This document shows, one piece after another, positions 41,810 through 52,273 of a stretch of 64,000 nt of DNA; position 1 is the first letter of the stretch, and each line of letters opens with the position of its first letter. The stretch comes from an uncultured Planctomycetia bacterium (GTDB lineage Bacteria; Omnitrophota; Gorgyraeia; B26-G9). The stretch is from the NCBI GenBank assembly GCA_964437495.1, contig CAYTGV010000004.1, positions 40,413-104,412 on the forward strand. Reading direction: 5' to 3'. Both the position numbers and the translations under genes were made by a program. The notes below the pieces were generated by a model. The model was not told where the DNA came from. It saw only the letters and a program-made list of their open reading frames with translations, and did not search any database.

Positions 41810-42014
41810 CGAGTGCAAAACTCGTGGGTTAGCTATTCTCGCCATTGTAATGACCTTCTCAAAGCAAGTCGTAATAACTTTCATATGTTTCTGTCCTATC
41901 TTTGAAGCTGCCTGAAATTGGCAAAAAAAAGCGTGGATTGTAGATATTCAGCTGTTTTCTTAGATTGTTAATCGTAACTAATTGCAATTAAACGGGTTGC
42001 ATTTGGCAAATTTT

Positions 42015-42046
42015 TTGCAAATACTGTTTGGTTGTGGTATACTTTA
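42015..42046 (+). promoter_or_regulatory. Sigma70-type promoter
   Basis: TTGCAA-17 bp-TATACT. Confidence 0.7.
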
Positions 42047-42097
42047 ATATCTTTTTAGCTTAGTATTTTTAACCGTAAAATTCAAAGGAGCTTTGGA

Positions 42098-45000
42098 ATG
42101 TTTAAATTAGTTCGAAAATCGACACAAATGAAAATCATCAGTTTTTCCCTTGTTCTGCTTTTTATGTTTAGTCCATGCTCTGTGGTAAGTGGCAGTGAAG
42201 TAAATGCCTTGCCCCAGGAACCTCAAAGAGTCAATTTAGCCCCTGCACTTGAACTGTATAATAATACGCTTGCAGATATGTTTATGCTGCATGAAGGCAT
42301 GAAGAGAGCTTCAGGAAAAGTCGCAAAACAAATAAGCCTGGATGATAAGAAGAAGATCGAAGCTTGGATTAAACAAGGAATTTTTAAAATATTACCCGCA
42401 GGAGAAACGATCGAAGGGCAGGACGAAAATGTTATAGGTTATTCTGAGGGTTTATTGTTTAGCGATGAAGAGAAAGGCTTAATTAATAAGAAGGGTATTT
42501 TTATCTATGATGTCGACAAGACATTAGCTAAGCGTGACAGAGCCTTGCTTGAGCAAACAATACAAACCATTGAACGCTTGATGAGAAACGGTCATATGGT
42601 AGTGATCATTACCGGTCAACCTATAGACATACAGCGTGAACGTATAGTTACTCCGATAGATGCTGGATTGCGTCGCAATTTAGTTGTAATTACTAATGAA
42701 GGAACTGTTGCTCACCATTTTCTGCCAGGAGGAGAAGAGTATCTGGTAATGAACGATTTCACAAATCAATTTACTTTTACTGCTCAGCAGGCGCAGGTTA
42801 TGGAAAATATGTTTGATGGGTTTATGGATGAAAATGGATTTGAATATGCAGACGGAGGAGAATTTGACCCACGAGAAATGGCTCAAGCGGCCATTAAGCT
42901 TGAAGCCACTCTTGAGACCAGAGAAAGATATGCAAGGGAGCTGGAAGATAAGCTTAAAGCAAATGGAGTGGAAGGATTTAGAGGCTGGGCAAGCGGTTCG
43001 ACAACAATATCATTCTTGCATAAAAAAGCAAATAAACGGGATGCAGGATTAGGGTTTTTGAAAAACGAAGGGTTTTTCATGGATAAAGCGGTTTATCACG
43101 GAGATGAATTTTTCTATAATGGTAATGACGCTTTTATATTAGGAGATTCGGATATTTATGTTGCAGTAGTGGGACGATTAGAATCTAAGCCATTTACAAT
43201 CATGATAGATGGGAAGCCTCAGGAAATTTCATTGCAAGACAGGGGCAGAACTTTATACCTTGGCGGAGGCCCTTATGCGACAACACACTTTGCTGATGAT
43301 TTTTTAAATGAAAAAAGAAAACAAAGAGGCAAAGGAAACTTTCACGCGATAATCGCAGAGGTAGCGACAAAAAATACAAACATAGAAGCAATTGTTGCGC
43401 AGATTGAAAAAGAGTATAAAAATCCACATGATATGCTGAGCGCTTTGCTTGAGAGCTGGATTATTGAGAATACATGGCTGCATGAAACTCTGCAAGAGAT
43501 ATTAGCTGAAACCCAACCACAACAAGCAATGCCGGCATTAGATCGCCTGGACATTGAAAAACTTCGTGATTTGAAAATTATCTGTGAAGAGTATCGGGTG
43601 GGTCCCAAGACTATCTCTTTGCTGTATGCGCAAATGTTTGGTGCGAACATACAAGCTGATTACAAAGAGCTTGTCGAAATAATGAATTCTGAACTACAGG
43701 GTGAAACTCCTGTGAAATATGACGTGGGCTTGAATGCGTATAAATTAAGAAATGCACTAGTTGAATTTTCAGATTTAATTGCTGTTTTGGTAGGAGAAGA
43801 TATCGGCGGTGGCGTAAAGGACTCAGTTGAAAAACTTACAGGTCAAGATCAGGTGTTTAGGTATTCAGAAGAAAGACGGGAGTATGCACTTAGCGCTGTA
43901 AAGGGAAAAATCAATGACTCAGTTAAAGCTTTAAATATGTTTTTTGATGATCAGGGTTTGTTTAGCTGGCTGCTTGCAGCTTTTGGAAATAAGCTTAGTG
44001 TGTTTCATCAAAATTATGAGTTTGAACAATTATATGCTCCGGTAGAAGATGTGTTAAACGAAATTGCATCAGATACTGCGGAAGAAATTTCTCAGGGGCT
44101 TGTGGGATTAAGCGGCGGTGGCGGGGCTCAGATAATGTCTGAGATTATGCTCAAAGCTGAAGTACACAGATTATTGCTGCCGATTGCCAAAACCATGCCT
44201 TTTATCATGATTGTTCCCTCAGAAGATGACGGAGGAAGCACGGCGATAATTCTTTATGACGGCAAAAAAGAACATCGGTTTATTTTTCCGGCCATGGGTG
44301 ACTCAATGAATGCTTATGCAGGATTAAGCCGGGGAGAGCTAAATAGTTTTGGAGATCCTAAGTTTCCTTATTTTTATGATGTGACCCGCACAAGATTTTC
44401 CTTAGAAGGAAATGACTCTCTTATGCTTGAATTTGGCCAGCTTGCTTTTGAGCAAATGCAGGGTCTTATGTATAAACGTGCGCCGATGGAACAAAGAAAA
44501 AAGGTCATAGAATTTTTTAAAAGCCTTCACGTGGTTTTAAAGGAGTTTGACCTGATGCCGATAGAAGGTCAAAGCATGGGTAATATGATGTGGCTTGCAA
44601 CTGCAGATCGAAAGGCACAAATAAAAAGCAAGCACAAGCCAAGGGAGATGAGAAAACTTGGAGATGATCAGTTGGTAGAGGTGCAAAAATATCTGGCAAA
44701 AATATATGGATTGGGAAATATGATGGTTTTGCCTTCTAATCTTTCTCCGGGTACATTGTACGCGACTTTGGATAAGATTGTGGTTCAAGAGGGTAAACAC
44801 AGTCCTGAATTGCTTGAGAACAAAGGGCGTTTTAGAAATAAAAAAATTGCTGCGGCCGGAAAAACCTTTCAAATTTCGGAATCACCCGCACAAATAATAG
44901 ATAAGGATCAAGGACATACTTTTGTGGATTATGATATCGAAGAAGGCGCAGAGCTTATCATTTCGCATCAAAATAAAGAGATCCCTCTTGGCGGCAAGAT

Positions 45001-47122
45001 GATGTTTCGTGTCAGGATATTAAAGGAAAATGGAGATATTAAAGCGCAGTTTAATATCGGTTCGGAGGCCTGGGGCGAGGTGCATGATTTGCAGGCTGAG
45101 CCTGAAATTATCGGAATCCCAAATGACACTATTCGCAGCAAGACTCCAAATCAGCAAAAATGGGGCGCGCGCGTGAGCACAATCAATAACGGTAGGACAC
45201 TGCGGGTTTATTTGGATAGAGTAGGCGCTGGTACGACATTCCGTTTTAATGATGATAAAGATAATCCAATAATGTTTAAGGGGCGCATTGTTGTTAAACA
45301 GACCAATATTACGGAGTCATACCACTTGTCTAAAATCGTTAAAGTTGGGTTTGTGGGAGAGAAAAAACCAGTGGCAGTAGAATATATTTTAAAGGTATTA
45401 CGAAATTCACAGGTTGGGTGTGTTATAGGCCCCGGCAGCGTAGTTACAAGTTTGCTGCCGATACTTTTAATTGATGAGATTAGGGAAGAACTTCGTGCAA
45501 TGGCAGAAAGAGGCTTGCCTGTAACCTTTATGATGAACCCTGTAAAGGATAACGAAACAGCGTATGAAACAATTACTTCTTTGATGCAAATGATGGAAGA
45601 TAGTTGCGGCGAACCTATCTTCGGCATAGACAGGGGTGGTTTTGTAACCGATATGTTTGTTAATGATTCTCGGAACTTGCCTGAATATGTTAGAAACTTA
45701 ACAGATCTGACAGATTCGCAGACGACCAGGCTAAGAGAAGCAGAGCGTCCGCGAGGGATATTATATTTTCAGGAAAAGGAAAAAGAACAGATACAGAAGA
45801 AGATGGGAGATAATTTTGGTATTCATGTTGCAGACGTACTTACTGTTATTAATAAAGAAGTAAGAGGTGGCGCGCCGGAGAAAGGTACTGGCTATGAACC
45901 GGCATTAGTCGGCCAGGTCTTAGAGCGGATAATTTTAGCACGTATGCGTGAATCAGTTGAGGATATGGATTTATACAAAGATGCGCTTAAAATATTTGAT
46001 AATCAGAAAGACAAGCTTGATGCAGCAATGACGTATTTAAGAAGAGAAGAAAAGATCTGGAGTGAAGTAAATGCTTTGCAGAGAATAATAAGTGCTTATC
46101 GTAGTAAAGGGCAATTTACTAAAGAGTATATCAAACAGATAACGCCGAAAGTTATAGTCTTAAACTTATCACATAATATACTTGAGCCTGAATATTTAAG
46201 AAACCCTGCAAAAGGAGATCCGTTTTCGATAGATATGCGGGATGCGATGATCAGATATCTGGAAGCCGGAGGGAAGATAATAATTAGCACTGGATTGCCG
46301 TTTGAAGTAGTAAGGGCGCATCTTTTAGGTGGTAAAAGCAGGATTCCTGAGGCATTAATAGATAATATTTACACAGTAACTCTTTCCGGATCGCAGACAC
46401 ACAAAGGAAACAAGCTTATAGAGGAAGAAGGAACTTTAATTAGCCTTGAGGCGCTGGGGATTATTCAAAGAGTTGCAGATATCTACGGATTGCCAGAGCA
46501 TAAAGTTTTAATGAACTTCGGATCATTTGTCAGTTTACGTTTGTATGATTACAGTGGTTTAACTGTAGAGGAAGTAGAAAAAATAAACGAAAGAGTTAAT
46601 AAGTTGGAAGCTGAAGACCGTAACTTTTTTAAAATACAATGGATGGCCGGAGCATTTGCCGATAAGTATGACTTGAGAGACATTGTAAGCAGAAACTTGC
46701 AGAGATTATTTGAGGAAGCTGGCATTGATTGGAAGGTGGAATCTCAAGGTGTTTCATCTATTGATATATCACATGTATCTGAAGTAGAGACAATAGAAAA
46801 GCTACTTAATACAGAGTTGAAAGACATTGATCATGGGCATACCTTGTTTGCTTATGCAGGAAAAGGGTTGAGTGAGATTGCCAAGAGAATACCGAGTGCT
46901 TCGTATCTGGCAATACCGGTAAGAGATGCACGTTCTCTTTTTATGCAGGATGCGATGATCGTTGCTTTAAATGGAGCAACTGCAACATGGGATCGTGATA
47001 TGTGTCTTAAGCTTTTTATTGAAGCGTCAAAGGCTTTAGCTGATGAACAGGGAGTCAGCGCAGGTTTATATGACGCACAGCCGCAAAAAACCACATCAGA
47101 TTTTCTGGAAAGTGCGATTTAA
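42098..47122 (+). CDS. 1674-aa signal-peptide protein: HAD-IIB domain, YvcK/CofD-like domain, degenerate HAD domain
   Basis: YDVDKTL, IITG, HGDEF..GND; LSGGGG, DDGGST, GPGSVVTSLLP; second HAD-like IISTG segment lacks DxD. Confidence 0.7.
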   Translation: MFKLVRKSTQMKIISFSLVLLFMFSPCSVVSGSEVNALPQEPQRVNLAPALELYNNTLADMFMLHEGMKRASGKVAKQISLDDKKKIEAWIKQGIFKILPAGETIEGQDENVIGYSEGLLFSDEEKGLINKKGIFIYDVDKTLAKRDRALLEQTIQTIERLMRNGHMVVIITGQPIDIQRERIVTPIDAGLRRNLVVITNEGTVAHHFLPGGEEYLVMNDFTNQFTFTAQQAQVMENMFDGFMDENGFEYADGGEFDPREMAQAAIKLEATLETRERYARELEDKLKANGVEGFRGWASGSTTISFLHKKANKRDAGLGFLKNEGFFMDKAVYHGDEFFYNGNDAFILGDSDIYVAVVGRLESKPFTIMIDGKPQEISLQDRGRTLYLGGGPYATTHFADDFLNEKRKQRGKGNFHAIIAEVATKNTNIEAIVAQIEKEYKNPHDMLSALLESWIIENTWLHETLQEILAETQPQQAMPALDRLDIEKLRDLKIICEEYRVGPKTISLLYAQMFGANIQADYKELVEIMNSELQGETPVKYDVGLNAYKLRNALVEFSDLIAVLVGEDIGGGVKDSVEKLTGQDQVFRYSEERREYALSAVKGKINDSVKALNMFFDDQGLFSWLLAAFGNKLSVFHQNYEFEQLYAPVEDVLNEIASDTAEEISQGLVGLSGGGGAQIMSEIMLKAEVHRLLLPIAKTMPFIMIVPSEDDGGSTAIILYDGKKEHRFIFPAMGDSMNAYAGLSRGELNSFGDPKFPYFYDVTRTRFSLEGNDSLMLEFGQLAFEQMQGLMYKRAPMEQRKKVIEFFKSLHVVLKEFDLMPIEGQSMGNMMWLATADRKAQIKSKHKPREMRKLGDDQLVEVQKYLAKIYGLGNMMVLPSNLSPGTLYATLDKIVVQEGKHSPELLENKGRFRNKKIAAAGKTFQISESPAQIIDKDQGHTFVDYDIEEGAELIISHQNKEIPLGGKMMFRVRILKENGDIKAQFNIGSEAWGEVHDLQAEPEIIGIPNDTIRSKTPNQQKWGARVSTINNGRTLRVYLDRVGAGTTFRFNDDKDNPIMFKGRIVVKQTNITESYHLSKIVKVGFVGEKKPVAVEYILKVLRNSQVGCVIGPGSVVTSLLPILLIDEIREELRAMAERGLPVTFMMNPVKDNETAYETITSLMQMMEDSCGEPIFGIDRGGFVTDMFVNDSRNLPEYVRNLTDLTDSQTTRLREAERPRGILYFQEKEKEQIQKKMGDNFGIHVADVLTVINKEVRGGAPEKGTGYEPALVGQVLERIILARMRESVEDMDLYKDALKIFDNQKDKLDAAMTYLRREEKIWSEVNALQRIISAYRSKGQFTKEYIKQITPKVIVLNLSHNILEPEYLRNPAKGDPFSIDMRDAMIRYLEAGGKIIISTGLPFEVVRAHLLGGKSRIPEALIDNIYTVTLSGSQTHKGNKLIEEEGTLISLEALGIIQRVADIYGLPEHKVLMNFGSFVSLRLYDYSGLTVEEVEKINERVNKLEAEDRNFFKIQWMAGAFADKYDLRDIVSRNLQRLFEEAGIDWKVESQGVSSIDISHVSEVETIEKLLNTELKDIDHGHTLFAYAGKGLSEIAKRIPSASYLAIPVRDARSLFMQDAMIVALNGATATWDRDMCLKLFIEASKALADEQGVSAGLYDAQPQKTTSDFLESAI

Positions 47123-47156
47123 AAGAAGAGTAAAAGTTACCGATATTGTTAATTTT

Positions 47157-47195
47157 AGTCCCTAGTAACTAATATAGCTGCTAGGGACTTTTTTT
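47157..47195 (+). terminator. Rho-independent terminator
   Basis: AGTCCCTAG..CTAGGGACT plus T run. Confidence 0.8.
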
Positions 47196-47287
47196 ATTGC
47201 TGTGTCAATATTTGGGATATAGTATATTTTTTTCTTTTCTGGTACAATACAATAGTTAATATATTAAATAAAGGAGGGGAAGGGATC

Positions 47288-47617
47288 ATGGAGGAAAGAA
47301 GATTTTCGCGCAGATATCCGGTATTGTTAAAGGCGCGGGTTATCATTGCAGGAACACAGCAGTCATATGAGGGAAAAGTTACTGATATTAGTTTTTCTGG
47401 GGTTCGATTTCTTTGCAATGAAACAATAGACAAGGATCAGCAATTAGAACTGACAATATCCATAGAGGAACAGGAGATCACGCTAAAAACAGTTGTTGTA
47501 TGGGCCGCGAAGCTGGATGGGCTGGAAGGAATGCAGCATGGGATGCAGGTTGTTGGCGTAGCTTTTGTCGGGGATTGCAAAAAACTGGAAGCATTTTTTA
47601 AAAAAATCCAGGGCTAA
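47288..47617 (+). CDS. PilZ domain protein
   Basis: ERRFSRR (RxxxR) and DISFSG (DxSxxG). Confidence 0.88.
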   Translation: MEERRFSRRYPVLLKARVIIAGTQQSYEGKVTDISFSGVRFLCNETIDKDQQLELTISIEEQEITLKTVVVWAAKLDGLEGMQHGMQVVGVAFVGDCKKLEAFFKKIQG

Positions 47618-47792
47618 AACATGCTTTTTGTCTTATTAAAACACCTGAATAGTTGAAAAAGATAAAACAAAAGCCATACAAAGTCATCCTGTTTGAGGTA
47701 ATGCTGATTATTCTATCAAAGATACTGGGTAAGGTGTATTCCAGATTAAGCTGATCTGGGGGCATTAAACAATAATTACTAGGAGCGCCAAA

Positions 47793-48248
47793 ATGGGAAC
47801 AGACAGCGAGTATTTAAAAGAGACGGTTGAGCCGGGTGTTTTTGCAAAATGGCAGGAAGTAGATGCCGTGGTTTATGCCTTTACGGATATGGGGATGAAG
47901 GTGGCGATCAATGATGAGTATACAGGACTGGTTTATAAGAATGAGGTATATGCAGAATATAAATTAGGCCAGGCACTCAAAGTGTTTATAAAATTAGTGA
48001 GAGATGATGGCAGAATAGATGTTTCCCTGCAGTCGTATCAAGGCAGGCATGTTTTTTCAACTACTGATAAAATATTCGAACAACTTCAGGCAGCGGGAGG
48101 GAAATTAGATTTTAATGACAGCAGCTCTCCGGATGAGATAAAAAACAAATTTAATGTAAGTAAAAGAGTGTTCAAACAGGCGATTGGCAAATTATATAAA
48201 CAGCGTAAAATTAATATTACAGAGCAAGGCATAGAAATTGTTAAGTAA
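47793..48248 (+). CDS. CvfB-like S1/winged-helix RNA-binding protein (short form)
   Basis: GLVYKNE, VRDDGRIDVSL, SSPDEIK..F..SK..FKQAIGKLYK. Confidence 0.85.
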   Translation: MGTDSEYLKETVEPGVFAKWQEVDAVVYAFTDMGMKVAINDEYTGLVYKNEVYAEYKLGQALKVFIKLVRDDGRIDVSLQSYQGRHVFSTTDKIFEQLQAAGGKLDFNDSSSPDEIKNKFNVSKRVFKQAIGKLYKQRKINITEQGIEIVK

Positions 48249-48483
48249 AGATAATAAAATAGAGCGGGATTTAGGAGAGCAGCCAATCAAGCAGATCATG
48301 ATAGAGCATGATTTAAAGCCGCATGATCTTGTTGAGGTATCTCAAGAGCAGATCACGCACCGCATGATTACACGTGCCGCTAAGGGCAGAAGGCTGACTA
48401 AGAATATTCAAATCAAAGTGCTTAATGCTCTCAACAAAGTAGTTAAAAAAGCGTATATATTAAAGGATTTGTTTAACTACTAG
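48238..48483 (+). CDS. Small hypothetical protein, possibly HTH-like
   Basis: ERDLGEQP...HDLV..S.EQITH..I.RA.KGRRLT...LFNY. Confidence 0.6.
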   Translation: MLSKDNKIERDLGEQPIKQIMIEHDLKPHDLVEVSQEQITHRMITRAAKGRRLTKNIQIKVLNALNKVVKKAYILKDLFNY

Positions 48484-48614
48484 GCCTTGTCATGGGAATA
48501 AGATCAGCAAATTAATGCTTCTCTTGACAAGGGAGTTATTAATTGATAAAAAGTATTTGTGGCGCAAGTAAGTTCAACAAAAAGTATTGTAAAAAAGACA
48601 ACGAAGTTCTTTAA

Positions 48615-49079
48615 GTGCAGACTAATCTTACCCAGGGTGAGTCGGAAAAATTGCCGGTATTAATCCATATAGTCAATGATACAGAGAGAATCGGGGATCA
48701 CTCGGAAAATATCATAGAGCTTGTGGAGCGCAAAATAGAAAACAAGCTGAATCTTTCGATCGAGGAAATAAAGCAGCTGCATTTAATGTGGAATGAGCTG
48801 CATAGTATGATGGTAGAAACGGAAAAAGCCTTGAAGCAAAAAGATATTGCCATTGCTGCGAAAGCAATAGCAAGAGAGGATCGGATCAATGCCCTGCAGG
48901 TCGAGCTCAAGCAAACACATGTTAATCGTTTGAGCGAAAAAACCTGCACGCTTAAATCAGGAGTTGTTTTTCTAGATTTTGTGGACAATCTCGAGAAAAT
49001 AGGGGATCATTTGTGCAATATTGTGCAAGGAGTTTTAGGCGGTATGTGCTGGAAAACTACTGATAAATTAAAGAAATAA
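48615..49079 (+). pseudogene. PhoU-domain fragment of a Na/Pi cotransporter
   Basis: NDTERIGDHSENI ... HVNRL...C ... DNLEKIGDH; transmembrane part absent. Confidence 0.6.
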
Positions 49080-49186
49080 TTCTTTGGGGTCTTGGGAAGT
49101 TAATAAATATTTAGATATCTTTCATCCAAACTTTACTCATATAAGCAATTGCGTAAAGTTTCCTCCAGTTGTATAATACTCAGATT

Positions 49187-51061
49187 ATGATTGAATTACG
49201 CGATATATCAAAATCTTTCGGCGGCCAGGAGCTTTTTCATCAAGGCTCTTTTGCTGTTGGGGCAAATGAAAAGATCGGCCTTGTCGGGCGCAATGGCCAT
49301 GGCAAGACAACCTTGTTCGGCCTGATCAATAAAACTATGGAGTCGGATTCAGGCACAATAGTAATTCCGAAAAATTACCGGATTGGATGCCTGCAGCAAA
49401 ACATTGTTTTTTCCAAAGATACAGTGCTTGCTGAGGTTTGCATTGAGATGCCTGAGAGCGAGAGCGATGATTCATGGAAAGCGGAAAAAGTTTTGCATGG
49501 GCTTGGTTTCTCTGTGGCTGATATGCAGAGATCTCCGCTTGAATTTTCCGGAGGTTTTCAAATCCGGATTAATCTGGCAAAGATCCTTGTTTCACAGGCA
49601 AATATGTTATTGCTTGATGAGCCGAACAATTATTTGGATGTTGTGGCTATCCGCTGGCTGATCAGGTTTCTGCGCCAGTGGAAAGGGGAGTTGATACTGA
49701 TTACGCATGATCGATGTTTCATGGATGCTGTGGTTACTCATATCGTGGGCATTCACCGCAAGCAGATGCGAAAGATGTCCGGAACTACTCAAAGGTTTTA
49801 TGAGCAGATATCCCAAGAAGAGAATATATATGAAAAGACCCGTAAGCGCGATGAACGCAAGCGTAAACAGACCGAAGTTTTTGTAAATAAATTCCGGGCT
49901 AAGGCCCGTCAGGCAGGGCTGGCGCAATCAAGGTTAAAAAGCCTTGCTAAGCTGGAGCAAAAAAGCAAATTAGATGAAATAAAAACATTTGATGTTGCAT
50001 TTAATTCAGCTTCGTTTAACGCAGCAACAATGATGAATGTCAATAATATCAGCTTTGCTTATGATAAAAATCATCCGATGTTATTTGATCAGACCTCTTT
50101 TCGGATAGGCCGTCGGGAACGCTTGTGCGTGATTGGAAAAAACGGCAAAGGAAAATCAACACTGCTGCGTGTGCTTGCCGGTGAGTTGAATTCATTAAGC
50201 GGCACGATTAAATCACATCCACGCCTGTCGGTTGGTTATTACGCGCAAAGTAATACAGCGCAATTAAGCGCAGAACGTTCTGTTCTTGCGGAAGTTCTCA
50301 GCGCTGACCCTACTGGTTTGCCGCAGCGCGCACGCACTATTTGCGGATCACTATTATTTAGCCAGGATCTGGCCCTAAAACCAGTTTCTGTTTTATCAGG
50401 GGGAGAAAAAAGTCGGGTAATGCTTGGGAAAATTTTGATGCAGCCATGTCATTTGTTGCTTCTTGATGAGCCGACAAATCATCTGGATATGGAATCTAGC
50501 GAGGCATTATGTAATGCTATTGAGGAATTTGACGGGTCGGTGATTATGGTCACGCATAATGAATTGTTTTTAGAGCGAATTGCCCAAAAACTGCTTGTAT
50601 TTGAGTCAGAGGGAGTGCGGTATTTCGACGGTAATTATTCTGATTTTTTAAATAAGGTCGGCTGGCAGGATGAAGCAGGGGATTTAAAAGCAGAATCAAA
50701 GAGTAAAACCAGCATTGATCCTAAAATGGATAGGCGTACACATCGACGCATAGTTGCCCAATTGCGCCATGAGCAGGCAAAAGTACTTAAACCTCTAGAG
50801 GTAAATATAGATAAACTGGAGGGAACAATTAGCGGCCTGGAAACAGAGCTGCAAAAAATAAATGAAGAGCTTATCAGGGCATCTTATGAATCTGATAAAA
50901 ATGTGATTGCCAAGCTATCGCGGAAGATCAAAGAGCTGCCGCAGCAAATCGATGAGCATTATGTACAGCTTGATAAGGTTTTTCAGGAATATGAGTCACA
51001 GCGGGAGGAGTTTATTCGCAGGCTGAGCGAGCTTACTGGTCAAGGGAGTGAAGAGGCGTAG
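49187..51061 (+). CDS. ABC-F family ATPase
   Basis: Two ABC cassettes (GRNGHGKT/FSGG/LDEP; GKNGKGKS/LSGGE/LDEPTNHLD), no TM segments, coiled-coil tail. Confidence 0.93.
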   Translation: MIELRDISKSFGGQELFHQGSFAVGANEKIGLVGRNGHGKTTLFGLINKTMESDSGTIVIPKNYRIGCLQQNIVFSKDTVLAEVCIEMPESESDDSWKAEKVLHGLGFSVADMQRSPLEFSGGFQIRINLAKILVSQANMLLLDEPNNYLDVVAIRWLIRFLRQWKGELILITHDRCFMDAVVTHIVGIHRKQMRKMSGTTQRFYEQISQEENIYEKTRKRDERKRKQTEVFVNKFRAKARQAGLAQSRLKSLAKLEQKSKLDEIKTFDVAFNSASFNAATMMNVNNISFAYDKNHPMLFDQTSFRIGRRERLCVIGKNGKGKSTLLRVLAGELNSLSGTIKSHPRLSVGYYAQSNTAQLSAERSVLAEVLSADPTGLPQRARTICGSLLFSQDLALKPVSVLSGGEKSRVMLGKILMQPCHLLLLDEPTNHLDMESSEALCNAIEEFDGSVIMVTHNELFLERIAQKLLVFESEGVRYFDGNYSDFLNKVGWQDEAGDLKAESKSKTSIDPKMDRRTHRRIVAQLRHEQAKVLKPLEVNIDKLEGTISGLETELQKINEELIRASYESDKNVIAKLSRKIKELPQQIDEHYVQLDKVFQEYESQREEFIRRLSELTGQGSEEA

Positions 51062-51259
51062 CAGGGTATTAAGTGTTACGTGTAAAATCGAAGGACGAGG
51101 GACTAAGGACGAAAAAAAAAGGGAATGATAAATTAGGGCCATAGGACAAAGGTGGGTTGAAAGCTTAAGTAAAAAGCGAAAAATTGGTTATTGTTTTTTT
51201 TCAACTCTTAATATCTGTAACTATGACTTAGGGCTGTTTTTTAGAGGAGCGACTATATT

Positions 51260-51598
51260 ATGGAAACAGAAGAAAAACAATTGATTAAACTGGAAATAGA
51301 AGCGCGTATCGCGCAGACAAAGAAAAATATTGCAAGCCTGCGCGAGAAGATCAAGCCGATCCCGTTAGATGGTACTATAGGCAGAGTGACCAGGATGGAT
51401 GCGATTGGGCATAGAAGTATTGCGGAAGCAAGTCTAAGAGATGCTGAAGCGTCCTTATCTCTGCTTGAGCATGCGCTAAAAAATTTGGATGAAGAAAGTT
51501 TTGGAGTATGCACTAAGAATAAAGTAAAAATTCCACTTGAGCGGATATTGGCAATACCTGAAGTGCGGCTTTGTGTTAACTGCGCATCTTTGCGTTAA
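51260..51598 (+). CDS. TraR/DksA-family protein
   Basis: GRVTRMDA, FGVC....IPLERILAIPE..LCVNC. Confidence 0.85.
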   Translation: METEEKQLIKLEIEARIAQTKKNIASLREKIKPIPLDGTIGRVTRMDAIGHRSIAEASLRDAEASLSLLEHALKNLDEESFGVCTKNKVKIPLERILAIPEVRLCVNCASLR

Positions 51599-51612
51599 AG
51601 AGGAAATATATT

Positions 51613-51870
51613 ATGGCAAAACTTAAACTTGATCTGCATGATATATTTAATAAAGGCAAGTCTATTGATGCAGAGCTTAATCGTGTGATCAGTGAGGCCC
51701 TTGACAAGGGGATAAGGCTTATTGAGATCATCTCGGGCAAAGGAAGTGGTCAGCTTAAGAAAAAAGTACTGCGATTCCTGGAACAGAAACACATTAAAGA
51801 GCTCTATCATCGTATTGAAAAAGACAGTAAAAATTGGGGCAGGCTTTTTGTCCATTTTAAAAAAAAGTAA
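51613..51870 (+). CDS. Small Smr-domain protein
   Basis: LDLH, EIISGKGSGQLKKKV, NWG. Confidence 0.88.
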   Translation: MAKLKLDLHDIFNKGKSIDAELNRVISEALDKGIRLIEIISGKGSGQLKKKVLRFLEQKHIKELYHRIEKDSKNWGRLFVHFKKK

Positions 51871-51938
51871 GACAGGCTTTGAGCGCAGAAAAGGAAGCTC
51901 TTTTTTGTTAGCCTTTTAAATGAAACAAAGAGAAAGGA

Positions 51939-52250
51939 ATGATTAAAATGGCAGGATTTGATTATAAGCAGAAAAAAAACAGGGAGCATAAATCTTTTAG
52001 ATATGAGGATTCTCCGGAAGGCCCTCAGGGAAAGCCTGATCTGGCTTCTATGGTCAGGAAAATACAGCAGCAATTGGTTTTTCTAGAGAGAAAGATAGAT
52101 ATGCTTCTTGGGCAGTCTTCTTCAAGCTCTTTTAGACAAGATGGGAAATTTGCCCGTGCGGAGGGCAAAGCTCACAAGCATGGCTTTGCAGATAAAGGTT
52201 CTTATAAGGGGAAAAAGCCGTTTTTACCTAAAAGAAAACCGCGCATATAA
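51939..52250 (+). CDS. Basic hypothetical protein
   Basis: RBS; coiled segment IQQQLVFLERKID; Lys/Arg-rich tail. Confidence 0.55.
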   Translation: MIKMAGFDYKQKKNREHKSFRYEDSPEGPQGKPDLASMVRKIQQQLVFLERKIDMLLGQSSSSSFRQDGKFARAEGKAHKHGFADKGSYKGKKPFLPKRKPRI

Positions 52251-52273
52251 TATAAGTATAAGATCATTGAAAT

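Noticed and set aside
41808-41828. GAGTGCAAAACTCGT as a tenth cassette junction
   Set aside because: Short partial match with no GGAGCCA or hairpin; could be chance.
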